A program made the translations under genes and the position numbers. A DNA stretch of 64,000 nucleotides from Blepharisma stoltei ATCC 30299. Taxonomy: Eukaryota; Protista; Ciliophora. The stretch covers positions 248,001-312,000 of the forward strand of contig CBFDEM010000053.1 of assembly GCA_965603825.1 (NCBI GenBank). The letters are read 5' to 3'. Below are positions 20,444-32,187 of this stretch, in pieces (position 1 is the stretch's first letter; each line of letters opens with the position of its first letter). The notes below the pieces were generated by a model. It was not told where the DNA came from, searched no databases, and was given only the letters and a program-made list of their open reading frames with translations.

Positions 20444-21952
20444 TTATATGTGAGCTCCATTACATAAACCAATGCAGGGATGACTCAGCTCGTGATGCAT
20501 TTCATAGTATTTCTTTGTGATAGACCTCGTTGCTTTATATGGAGTTGTTTTCGGCTTAAATGTACAATTTTTAGTCTCTAATTGTATCCTTGTTTCTCTG
20601 GCTTTGCTTATTTTTTCTTGCCTATTTTGAGTCATATCGTAGCATCTCTCATAAATGCTCCCTTCCCGAGAATGCCCAGGGCTGCTATTTATGGCAGGCT
20701 GAAATGTATATGGCTGAGGGCTTTGTTTCCTTTTTTTGCTGGTGTTTAATAGTTTACTTTTCTCGTCCTGAGATAAAATAGTCATCAAATTTTCCATTGC
20801 TACACAAAAATCATTGAAGCTCAAACCATCAGGGATTTCTGCTAACTCTTCAAGAAATGGGGACAAAATTTTGTAGAGATCAGGGTCAATTTTATCTTTG
20901 TCGACTAAATCGCTTCGAATTCTATCATTTTCAGAGGGATTCAATAATTTGAAAATTTCAATCCATCTGTGATGCTTTGTTTTTTGAATTAATTTTTGTG
21001 ACCTATTGTTAGTCAAACTTCCTCTAGGGGTTTGATTTTCTAAGTCGAACTTTTGTTTGTAAAGTTTATTTTTTCCTGCGATATTTAATTTCCTAGGAGT
21101 TTCTGGCATTTTGCAAGTTTTTGGTGAGAAAAAGGGTCTCCCTGATACTGGATCTTTCATGTTTTCTTCTTCATATTTTTTAAGCTGCTCTATCTTAAAA
21201 TCAACAGTTTTTCCAAACTGAATCAGCCTATCAGCAACTTCTCTGGCATGATCAATTGTAATTGGGTTTTCTTTTGGTTTACTCAAGCTACATAAGTCTT
21301 ACTAGTACTCTTCCAGCTGCTTCTTTTTTATTTCCAAAATTTTAGCTTGATCATAAAGCTCTTCATGTTTTGGCTTAATATTTTTTTGCGATTTTGAGTT
21401 TATAAGCTTTTCGCTTCTGGAATTTACTTTTGGCTTAAATGTACAATCCTGATCTTCACTTCTCAATGAAGGTCTATGCTTTTTTGGCTCCTTAGAATTT
21501 GAAGAAACATTTAAGTTCGGTTTTGGAGAGTAATGGTGAATCACTGGGCGAAATGTCAGCTCTAGTGACTCTTTTGCCATCTCTTTTAATTTTTCTTGTT
21601 GCATAAGAGAAACTAGCTTGGATTTTTGGGCAATTCCTTTCTTGTAAAGCTCTTCACCAATATTCCTTATACTCTGAGTGCTTGATTCAGGCTGCTGGAT
21701 GCTTTTCTGAGGAGTCTTGGTTTCAGTTTCTTCTTCAATAAGTGACTCAATGCAATTCTCAATATGGGCAGCCAATTTTGTGCACTTGTCTAAGTTTAAA
21801 TTATGTTTAACTGCAAATTCCCTGGCCAGTTGAATAGGCTCGTCATCAGCATGGACCACAATTTCATCTGAGGCGTTGCCAATGTTGACTGTTATTCTCA
21901 AAACTTCTTCAGCTTGCTCAGCTTGCTCAGGTAACTCAAGTGGATCTTCCAT
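20444..21952 (-). CDS. Hypothetical protein with CTFKPK-type repeats; 1 intron
   Basis: ORFs 21302-21952 and 20444-21286 are joined by intron 21288-21302. Repeated TF(R/K/Q)P motifs. Confidence 0.8.
21288..21302 (-). other. 15-nt intron gtaagacttatgtag
   Basis: GT..AG, A at -6; removal eliminates a TAG. Confidence 0.85.
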
Positions 21953-22056
21953 ATGATTTATGTGAATATTAAATAGTTCATAAACATCGAATATATTAAT
22001 TTGAAATTGATGAGACAGCTATAGATTTGATTATATAATTGATTAAAATAAAAATA

Positions 22057-22590
22057 ATGGGTTGTGCGTCATCTCGAAGTCCTTTTGATAACAAAACTAT
22101 GCAGAAGCTGATAAATGAGTATATTGAAGAAACAAAGCTAGACCAAGTTACTTGCAATTTTATTAAGAGACTTGATATTCAATGCAGGGGAGATTTGATT
22201 GATAGATCTTCATATGAGATGCTTGCAAAGAATTGGCACTTAAAAGCGAATTTTAGCTTATTTACTAAGACTAATTTTATATCGAAGTCTGATCTAAAGC
22301 TAAGTCTTTTAGTTTTTAGTAAAGATTCAGACGAATCAAAAGTAGCCCTCTTAAAAGAAATTGCAAGCACTAATAATCGATTAGCCATGAGGTATCCAGA
22401 ATTAGCCTACCAGCTAGTGTATCAAAGGATTCCTGAAGAATTAGCAAGGATGAAAAAAATTTCTGAAGCAGAAAAAGTAGCCTATATTAACAAAAAAAGA
22501 CTATCAGCTGGTACCAGTGCCTGTTTATTTTTCAGTAACTACATGGAAAATCCTGAAAATTTGAAGACTATAAATATTGATATAAATTAA
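22057..22590 (+). CDS. N-myristoylated/palmitoylated hypothetical protein (MGCASS), possibly a degenerate EF-hand
   Basis: ATG at 22057, MGC acylation motif. Confidence 0.7.
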   Translation: MGCASSRSPFDNKTMQKLINEYIEETKLDQVTCNFIKRLDIQCRGDLIDRSSYEMLAKNWHLKANFSLFTKTNFISKSDLKLSLLVFSKDSDESKVALLKEIASTNNRLAMRYPELAYQLVYQRIPEELARMKKISEAEKVAYINKKRLSAGTSACLFFSNYMENPENLKTINIDIN

Positions 22591-22681
22591 TGAAAATCAG
22601 TTGATTAATGATCGCTTAAAATGGCTGCTATTAATCAAAAAATAATATATTACATTATTAGTTTAAAATTATGGCAGTTTA

Positions 22682-23314
22682 TTACTCCTGGTCCTGAAAA
22701 AGGCTTTCCTTAGGATAGGAACTTTCTTTCGCACAAAATTCCATTATTTTTTCCAATACGTTGCCCTTTAGTCTCTTATGCAAGTTATTCCATCGATTTT
22801 TCACAGCGTTTTCAGTTCTTCCGTTCATGGCTTTACTAATAAGACTTCATGAGTTCCCATATTTCGTATGGAGAGTAGCCAATTCCAAGTCTTCTTTAAG
22901 ATCCCAGTCCCCCTCTATGTAGATTTTACTTTTAATGTTTGGGTCCAAGTGGTTGCACCATCTTTCTCTGCAATGCTTACCCTGCCGAAGTTCTTCTCCA
23001 TTATGCAGAAAAAGGTTGATCTTTTTAGCAATGAGCGCCCATGATTTATTCTGATGCCTGACTACATGATCGTATAAGATTTCGTCTTCCTCTTTAGTTC
23101 ACTGGGCATTTCGAACTCCACCTCGATTTAAGGATGAGTTTTGGCTCACCGTGGCGGAATATTTGATACTCGGATAATTCGCGGAAAAAACTGGAGAGAG
23201 CTCTCCAGTGATGGGGCTTTGAGAGTATGGAATCCACACTATCTGGTTATTGTCAGTAAATGCCGGCATCTCGCACTGATTCTGCATTGCTGCTTCATAG
23301 TTCTGATGAGCCAT
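22682..23314 (-). CDS. R2R3-type Myb transcription factor; 1 intron, UGA-Trp
   Basis: W(TGA)TKEEDEIL..W(TGA)ALIA..GKHCRERWCNHLDPNIKKGDW..RTENAVKNRW. Confidence 0.92.
22915..22929 (-). other. 15-nt stop-free intron gtaaaatctacatag
   Basis: Removal restores the canonical Myb linker LDPNIKKGDW. Confidence 0.8.
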
Positions 23315-23824
23315 TTTTATTTCTTTTAATGACCACAAAATACTGCATAGTATAATTACTATTTAAATTCTTATAGAATTGCAGGTATTTGTGGTTATGC
23401 ATTTAAAATGTTTGGTTAATTAATTTAGAGAATGCTCATGAATAGTGATAAAAAGGTTTACTATAAGAAAATAGGATGATGCTTGAAGTGCAGATGTTTC
23501 TGTCATTATAGCTGGGTTTTCTTCAAATTAATATTTCTTGGCTATTTATTATTGTACTTTGCCCATCTATTAAGATATATGACGACATTTTGCATGAAGT
23601 TGAAGAATAGCAGAAATGATTGTTGTTAGAAATTTAGATTTCAGAATTACTGCTAGATGAATGATAGTGTATTCCTAAGTCCATTTGATAAAATTAAATA
23701 TATCAGTTATAGAATAGAAATTACTGAGGACTTTGTATCGCTTCAATAGTGAAATAACTTTCGATTAATAATTAATTTAAATTCTATTAATTTCAAACAT
23801 TACATTTCTTTTGAAAATATACGT

Positions 23825-24685
23825 CTAAGAATAGCCGCTTGCTTTCACTTTGACTTCAATTGTCTCAATCTGCTTTTTTGTGTGTGATATATATGTTTCC
23901 AGCGTTGATATTTTATTATACAATTCCATTAATTTTTGCCTTTTTCCTTCTGCACTTAGCTCTTCACGCTTCTTTTCCGCTAAATTAATTCCTTCAACAT
24001 TAGCCTCAAGCTCCTTAACTGGAGAAAGATTATTACTAATTTGATGAGGATCCATAAGAAACGACTCAATAATTTCCTCTTCATTTCAAGATGCACCCTT
24101 ATATAGAATCGGCTCGTTTGACTCAAATATAGATTTTCCCCTGTTTTTATTTCCATCCATTTCTGTTTTCAACGGGGAATTTTTCCTTCTTTTTAAAGTT
24201 CCGTAAAATCGGTTTTTTATAGCAACAGGGACCCTACCTGGCAAGAAAGTGGCTATTTTTTTCCAATTTCCTCCGTACTTACTATATAACTCAAAAATCA
24301 AGCTGTCTTCTTCTTTTGATCAGTTTAATTTTTTCTCTAATAAATCTGCGTTTTTCTTGCTCTTTAGTAATGAAAATTGGACATTATTTTTGGCTAAATT
24401 TGAATTCAGGCTAAGGTTACTTTTAGAAAGATTTTCAATTTCATTCATTTCATATAATTCTGGTCTTTTCGGCATTTCTTCTGTCGATGAATGCGCTGGG
24501 GATTCATCAAATTCAGAGGAAGATATTGAACGGGGCTCTAATGAAAGAGATAAGTTCAGTGTTGCGTTGTTTGAGAGAGGAGCTGGAGTTTGGAAAGAAG
24601 TGTCTTCTAGACAAAGAGAGTTGATGATTGGGAAGTTGCTATCCCAATAATCAGAGGCATTTTCTAATGCAGGTAACCACTCCAT
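23825..24685 (-). CDS. Single-repeat Myb-domain protein (2 UGA-Trp)
   Basis: W(TGA)SKEEDSLIFELYSKYGGNWKKIATFLPGR..IKNRF; three ORFs join in frame. Confidence 0.88.
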
Positions 24686-24990
24686 CTTACACACTTAAAA
24701 AACTTTATTTCCATAAATTCGATGGTTGAATGCTTAATAATCAAGCAAATATATAAAAATTCTTAAAATCATATTTTTATTGCTGACAAAAATTTAAATG
24801 TAAATCGAGCATTTCGGTATTTATTTAGACAATATCATTAAATTTTCTTTAATTAAATATGGACAAACCCTTGCTTTAATTCTTTATTTGTTGAATTCAT
24901 TTTAAGCCTAACATGCTTTATTATAAAAGTAATAGCATAGTCTTATCTTTGGAAATGCTTAAGTAATAGGGTTTTTTTTAAATTAAGCTT

Positions 24991-25350
24991 CTAACGAAAC
25001 TCTAAAATCTCGTGGTTTTCTTCAATCATTTCTAATGATTCTATCACATCCCTATTCGTCATGATTCTTGCATAGATGTAAAGTGGCATTATAATCGCAG
25101 CCATAGTCAATGAAAAAAGTGGAGCACTATCAATCACTTGAGCAGCAGGAAAATATCGCTTTAAACTGAATCCAAGGGCAACTCCAAGTAAGCAAAATCC
25201 TCATTCTTTGTAATATTGATCTTTCCTTGTCTTATAAATAAGATCCTTTTCTTGCTCATTGTAAGGGGTCATTCTAAGCAATTGATCCGCTCTTTTATAT
25301 TCTTCTCTCCAAGTATCCTGATAGCTTTGAGGGATTATGACGTTTCCCAT
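24991..25350 (-). CDS. Small two-TM hypothetical protein (119 aa), absent from the ORF track
   Basis: MGNVIIPQSY..YYKE-W(TGA)-GFCLLGVALG..ILEFR-TAG. Confidence 0.7.
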
Positions 25351-25686
25351 GTGATTAGTTTATTATTATCTATATCTAGCTTAATAAGCCGACTAGCATT
25401 GTTTATTTTACCAAGTTAATATTAGTTCAGATATCTTATAATGAAATAGCTTACTGCAGAATTCTTTTTCAGGATCTTTTAAAGTGGATGTGGGAAATGA
25501 AAATCAAAAATCTTTTTATAATAAAGATATGGCTTTAATTGTTTATTCAAAAGAATTCATACCTATAAAAATACTTATTAACGAATCCTTCGATTCAATG
25601 CACAGATTAAGATTATATTATTGGTTTTTTCTCATCAGACAAATATCAGTAATTAATTCTCTTATACAATGTTCAGTTAGTTTTAA

Positions 25687-26595
25687 ATGGAAAAATATTT
25701 TCCCTCTAGCACAACTGATGCCACAAGAAGTAACCTTAATTCGACGTCAAAACTGAGTAGCACTCAAAAACAACTAAGTCCAAATAAAGGCATCCAGATG
25801 CATGCATTGGCTCAAGCCCGGAAAAAGCTTGATAACCAAGTTTTATTGCTTCAAAATCGAATTAAACACTTAGAAACAGAGCGCTGTAGATCAGAGCGAA
25901 CAATTGACCTCGCCAAAACTATGACACAAAGGCGCCAAGAAGTTAGAAAAAAATACAATGCCGATAAAGAGCTTCAAATTCAAAAGAAAATCAATTGTGC
26001 CAAAGATTTAGATGCTAAAAAACGACTTATATCCCAAGAAAGAGAAAAAAGAAAAGAGAGCTTGAACCAGACCAAACAAAAATTGCTAATAGATAAGAAA
26101 AGAGCGAGCTCTGCAGTTAAACAAGCAAAGCTAATTAACGAATCGACAAGAAAAGAGCAAGAAGAGCTTAATAGAAGCTTGGCAAAAAATCAGGCAGAGA
26201 AAATAGTTGTTGCCTCTAAAAAGAAAAGAGAAATTCAGGAAGAAAAATCAAAAAAACTTAAGCTTGAGGCAGAATTACGGTATATAGAAAGAATTGAAGA
26301 GGAAACTAAGTATCAAGAAACTGCGAAACAGAGAATAAAAGAATTGGAAGCGAGAGAAGAAGAGCTTGCAGGGAGCTTAAAGAAAACTTTATTAAGGAAA
26401 GAAAGCGTTTTAAGCCGTCTAGGCAGTTCACAATCTTTGAACTCGACCTTTTATTCCCAGCATTGGCTGCCTCATTCACCATCAAAGTGTTTATGCGTGC
26501 ACACGCCAAACTCTGGAGATCAAATTTTCGATGATATTTCAATAAACTATATTGAATATGTGCCTTTTGATGTTGTTGATATTACAAATGATTAA
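25687..26595 (+). CDS. Basic coiled-coil protein
   Basis: 302-aa K/E/Q/R-rich ORF (LLQNRIKHLE motif). Confidence 0.75.
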   Translation: MEKYFPSSTTDATRSNLNSTSKLSSTQKQLSPNKGIQMHALAQARKKLDNQVLLLQNRIKHLETERCRSERTIDLAKTMTQRRQEVRKKYNADKELQIQKKINCAKDLDAKKRLISQEREKRKESLNQTKQKLLIDKKRASSAVKQAKLINESTRKEQEELNRSLAKNQAEKIVVASKKKREIQEEKSKKLKLEAELRYIERIEEETKYQETAKQRIKELEAREEELAGSLKKTLLRKESVLSRLGSSQSLNSTFYSQHWLPHSPSKCLCVHTPNSGDQIFDDISINYIEYVPFDVVDITND

Positions 26596-26763
26596 AATAT
26601 GTCTAAAGTAGTTAGATAATTTGAGATAAAATTTTAAAAATAAAGAATTATTTGACGATAAGATATTTGGCATAGATAAATCAAAGGAAATTATGAATAA
26701 TATTATTATAGAAATTAAAATAAAAGAGAAAGTTTATATAGCAAGTGTTTTATATATTACATA

Positions 26764-27561
26764 CTAATCTAATAAAACTGGCGCCCGGCATATTGGACAG
26801 CTCAGATTTATCGTTAGCCATTTTCTAATGCATTCTGAGTGGAAAAAATGTCTAGAATCGCATTCCAACACCACAATTTTCTCCTTATTCATATATTCAA
26901 AAGCACAAATCGGACAAACCACATCTCCATGATGCACTTCATAGTCATACTCAACCCAATCAAGTTCTTTTATTATTCGTCTTGAGGTTTGGAAATCTTC
27001 ACTCGGAGACAAAAAAATTAATAATAAAATTGCTATCGGTAAGCACGCACAAACACTAATAATGATAAGAGTGGGTATCATTAAATACATATAACCTAGC
27101 ACAATCAGTATAAAAGTTAGCTCAGTTAGTTCAGGTGCCTCATTTTGGCAGTTATTACAAGATCAGAACCATGCATTTCCTGGAATCAATCAAAAAGTAT
27201 AAATAAGTGCATGAGATTTAAAGGACACCTGCAAGTAATGATTTTCTATAATTTCTTCTCCATCCCTTGCTCTTTTTATATACGGAATTCTACACATTGA
27301 AAGAATTAGATAGATAATGTCAAGGATCATGCTGAAATAAACTCATTCAAATAGTGGCTCGTCACAAGAAGTTTCAAAAGATGAAATCACAAAACTAGAA
27401 AAGGAAATTTTGGCAGAGGCTATTATGAGTCTGATGAGTAATAAAATATATGAGCAGTACAGAGCTTTCTGGATTTGTATATAGAGGTTCTCTCTAACAG
27501 TTTGCTGTGATAAGCTAGAATTCTGTTCTTGGGAAATATTTAGAGGTGATCTTTCATCCAT
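26764..27561 (-). CDS. Multi-TM RING-H2 E3 ubiquitin ligase (3 UGA-Trp)
   Basis: CPIC..C..HFFHSECIRKWL..CPICR; upstream TM helices are in frame through TGAs. Confidence 0.9.
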
Positions 27562-27662
27562 TAATTTAACGGCTATATCAAAATTTCTTATAATAAAATT
27601 AAAATAATAGATAGAAATCACAAATATTATTATAGTTTATAATGATAAAATCTGAAATTAAT

Positions 27663-28508
27663 TTACTCGATTTTTACAATCATATCAGTTTTCTTTGTAG
27701 ATAGATTGAATTGATATAGATTGCCATAGCAAAATATAAAATAAACTGAGTTTTCCAGGTAGACTTTATATGAAATAAGATTTGTGCCAAACACTGAAGA
27801 ATTCCCAAGAGATTTTCAGCTGTAAATATTATCTTCTTCACTTTCAAAAATATCTCCTGATGTTTGTAAAACATAGCCTCTGCTATTGCCGACACAGATA
27901 ATTTTGCAGGAATCAGGAGTCAATTGAAGCAGGTCTGTATAGCATTCTGAGAAGGTATCATAAATATATAGCTTGGAATGCTTTATTCCTGATAGTAATA
28001 TTTTCCCTTTATAAGAATCGCAATTGCTGAAAGTTCCAGGCTCTTGTAGATCAGTTGTGTTTTGCCATCTGTTCTCTTGAAGACTATATATTTGGGATGC
28101 GCTGACAGCTTTCCCGTTATATCCTCCAAATACATATACTTTTCCATTAAAATAGACACCTCCTGACGCAAAGAAAGGCTTTCCACTTGATAAGAGCTCA
28201 ATCTTAAAATCTGAATGAATTATAAAAGCCAAGCCAGACATGGGTAGCCAATTTCCATAACAAAAAATCCTATTATTAGGAAGTTGGCACATAAGAGTAA
28301 ATCTATTAATAGGTTCTGGCAATGCTATTTTCCTTTCCTCTTTCGATAAATTCTTAATATCAACAATAGATAAAACATTTGAGCGGAGCTGGAAATACAT
28401 TAGCTTAGAATAATCTAAGTTTTTTTTGACTCAACTATTTTCAAAGAGCTTTAAATTTGGCTTTAATTCAGCCTTTCCTCCTTCTTTGCTATCCTCAGTA
28501 TTTTTCAT
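27663..28508 (-). CDS. Kelch-type beta-propeller protein (2 UGA-Trp)
   Basis: YFNGKVYVFGGYNG..YSLQENRW; ATG at 28508, TAA at 27663. Confidence 0.85.
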
Positions 28509-28609
28509 TTATTTCTTATGAATTTTGCTCTAAAATCCAAAAATTCCCAAAAAGTTCATGGTTCTTCATTTATATTACAAGTATTTTTACTGGTAATTAA
28601 TTTATTATA

Positions 28610-29656
28610 ATGACAGCTCCTCAACCATCAACAAACAGGTCAAGATTAGCTGAAGAGCTCTTAAGTATCCGCTTTAATCAAGATTTCTCATGCTTTTGTG
28701 TAGGAACTGATACAAGCTTTAGAATTTTCAAAACCAGCCCTCTAAAATACTGCTTTCGTAGAGGTGAACTTTAGTTAGACTTTTCGGGAGGTATTGGTAT
28801 GGTTGAACTTTTAAACCGTTCAAACATTGTAGCTCTTGTAGGAGGAGGTAAATCTCCACGCTACCCCCCAAATAAGGTAATTATATGGGATGATCATCTG
28901 ATGAGGCCTACTGGTGAACTTACTTTTCGTACAGATGTCAAAAATGTCAAGCTTCGTAAAGACCGCATTATTGCGGTTTTAGCCAATAAAATTTATGTTT
29001 ATAATTTAACGGACCTCAAAATCCGAGATACCATTCCAACTGCACCTAATCCTAAAGGTATCTGCGCTATATCTTCTGTAGATGATAGAATTATTTTAGC
29101 TTGCCCTGATAAAGCAAAAGGGAGTGTTTGTGTGCAGTTTTACAGTGAAGAAAAAACTTTATTAATCCGTGCTCATAGGGCTTCAATAATGTGCCTTGAG
29201 TTTAATTCTGAAGCAACTATGCTGGCAACTGCATCTGATAGAGGCACAGTTATAAGGATTTTTAAGCCTGATGATGGGAGTCTATTGCAAGAATTAAGAA
29301 GGGGCATTGATAGAGCGGAAATTTACTGCTTAAATTTTCATCCTTCATCAGAATGGCTTGCTTGCTCCAGTGATAAAGGGACAATTCATATTTTTTCCAC
29401 AGACACAACCAAAAGATTGAACCCAAGATCCACATTTTCATTTTTAAAATATGTTCTTAAAGGATATTTTGAGTCAGAGAGAAGCTTTGCTGTGTTTCGA
29501 GTCAGAGATGCAAAAACTATCTGTGCCTTTGGAGCTGTAAAAAATACACTTGTTGTGCTTAATGCTGATGGGTGCTATTATTTAGCGTCATTCAATCCTG
29601 ATGAAGGAGGGGAATGCCAGTTGATTAACAGTGAGCAAGTAATAGATCTTGCATAG
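28610..29656 (+). CDS. ATG18: PROPPIN autophagy protein ATG18/WIPI3-4-like; 1 intron
   Basis: FNQDFSCF, ATASDRGTVIRIF, ELRRG, SSDKGTIHIF. Confidence 0.93.
28764..28778 (+). other. 15-nt intron gtgaactttagttag
   Basis: GT..AG, A at -6; removal eliminates an in-frame TAG. Confidence 0.88.
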
Positions 29657-29765
29657 CTGTGCTAATTATTTAATAAATTTTAAAAAAGCATTCTGTTTAT
29701 AAAAATATTAAAAATTTAAAAATTAAACCAAATTTACTTATATTTGGCATTCATAAAAAAGCGGG

Positions 29766-31379
29766 ATGATGCACAAAAATCTTATAAGAGAAGAACGAAA
29801 GGCAGAGTATAATAAAGCCCCTGATTTTGAAACGATACAGAAGCGTCATGAAGAAGCCCAAGTAGAGCTCCGTAGGAAGAAAAGAAGTGACCACATCGCT
29901 AAAAGACGAGCTTGATTATTCAACAATAGAACTATGGCTCAAGATGCCTCTGAAGAAACAGACATTGCTTTAGAATTCGAAATAAGCCAAATTTCAGGAC
30001 CCCTACTAAGCCCAGAGCTTGGATTGCTTAATCCTAATATAAACCCTACAGAGCGTTTATTATTACTTATCAGCTTTATAAGAGATTGGGAGAATCTTGA
30101 CTTATTACAAGCAGGAGTACAAGTATTAAGAAAAATTCTTTCCAGTGAAAAAGGTGCTCCACTTGAAGTTATCTTGGAAACTGGAATCACCAAAAAATTA
30201 ATACAGTGCATGATGGTCAATAATGGCAGCTCCTTAAAAAATGACGCTGCTTGGTGCATCACAAATCTGGCCTCTGGGAATGGAAAAATAGTAAATCAGC
30301 TTATAAATGAAGGCGCAATTGAAGCTTTAACGTGCATCTTATCAACTGAAAAAATAAACCCAGAAACAGTCACTATGGCTGTTTGAGCATTAGGAAACAT
30401 TGCAGGAGAAAACCTTGAAAGCTGCGATAAAGTCACCCAAAGTGGAGCTGGGCTTCTCATTATGAATATAATGCTTAACTGGCTTAATATTTCCAATGAT
30501 GACCTCTCAATGATGGTTTGGGCACTTTCAAATTTATTCCGCGGGCAATCAGCGCCCTCTATAAAGCTTGTCCAAGATTTCCTTCTAATTAGCCCACAGC
30601 TGCTTGAAAAAGACTCTGAAAAGGTTTTGATAGCAACTTTATGGTGCTTTGCATTTATAGCAGAGTCTCAAAGGATTCAAATGATAATGGATACTGGAAT
30701 AATTCAGAAAATCGTAAATTTGTGTGGAAGTGATAAACTAGAGATAAGGCACCCAGCTGTAAGAACAATAGGAAATTTAGCTGCAAATAGCGAGACTCTT
30801 ACACAATCCATAATTAATTATGGAGTTCTCGACAAATTGGAGACACTGATAAACTGCAGAGAAAGGTTCCTTAAAAAAATTGTGCTTTGATCAATTTGCA
30901 ATATTTGTGGAGGGACCCCTTTACAGGCTGAAGCAGTAGCTAGGCACGATTTTATGAAATCTGTGATATCTTTATTGGATGACGAAGACTTTGAGATTAG
31001 AAAAGAAGCAATTTATATACTTTGCAACTTGACTTCTAATGCATCTTGTATACTCATTTTAAAGAATGATGAACAAAGCATTATTGAAAAAATAATAAGC
31101 TCATTAAGCTGCAAAGACCCACAAATCTTGATGCTAACACTAAACACATTAGAAAATTTGCTGAGCGCTTCAAAAGAATATCCAGCAAATGATAAAGCAG
31201 ACAATTCCTTGATGTCAGAATTTATAGATATGGAAGGGCTGGATAAGCTTGAAAATCTTCAACGTCACCTAAACGTTCATGTTTATAATAAAGTGTCACA
31301 AATTCTAAAAAACTTTTTCTCTGAGGGAGAAGAATTAAAAGAAAATCAGCAGCAAATAATAAATTACAACTTTTGATAA
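29766..31379 (+). CDS. Importin alpha (IBB + ARM repeats)
   Basis: IBB ELRRKKR..AKRR; AAWCITNLASG; AV-W(TGA)-ALGNIAGE; L-W(TGA)-SICNI; ends TTT TGA TAA. Confidence 0.93.
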
Positions 31380-31412
31380 GCCGAATGTATAATAATTATA
31401 CCTCATCTTATA

Positions 31413-32144
31413 TTAGTAAGAAAGTTTATTTTTTATTATCTTAATATTGCCATTAATAACATTGTATATTTCAGTATAATCAAAAATTCTGATTTTTTGA
31501 GGCATCGTTTTGGACAACTGCCTTCTTTCCAGAAATTTTGAAGCCATTGGTTTTGCATCTTGTTGACTTGATTTGTTTCTTTTTGCCTTTGTTTTAGCTT
31601 TTTTTTGGCCCTTAAGTTCTAATTGGCCTCTTATATGTTTATATTGAGCTTTGCTTGCTATGCAAGAACTTGATCTTGGCTTTCAGTTGCTTGATTTATT
31701 ACGCTTAATCCTTGAATTAAGAGTTCTTGACGGCTCTTTGGATTTTTGCTCATTTTTATACTCGTCAACTTTGATAGTATCAGTACACAAAAAATTCGGA
31801 TCTTCATCAAAATCATTTTTAAACGAAGATCATCTATAATCAATTAACTTATTTTGTTTTTCCCTTGAATATATAGGAGTCCTATTAGTTGAGGTTAAAT
31901 CACTTGATAAATGGTCTGAAAAGTCATTCTGGATCCCTTGGTCCATAGTCGAAACAACGCTATCCATATGCCTTTGTGTAAAGGTTGAAGAAGATCTTAA
32001 TGGTCTTTGTGTCCTAGAAGTTACTACTTGTTGAAACCTAGCGCTTTCATATATTTTTGGCTTGATGATCGGTTTATAATCTCGATATCTGATAAGAGAG
32101 TTCCTGAGTAATGAAGAGCATATTTCTTTTTTCTTGACATTCAT
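31413..32144 (-). CDS. Basic hypothetical protein (243 aa; 2 UGA-Trp)
   Basis: Frame open from ATG 32144 to TAA 31413 under UGA=Trp. Confidence 0.7.
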
Positions 32145-32187
32145 TTTTCATTAATCAATTCATTATTATTGATTCGATAGAGCTAGC

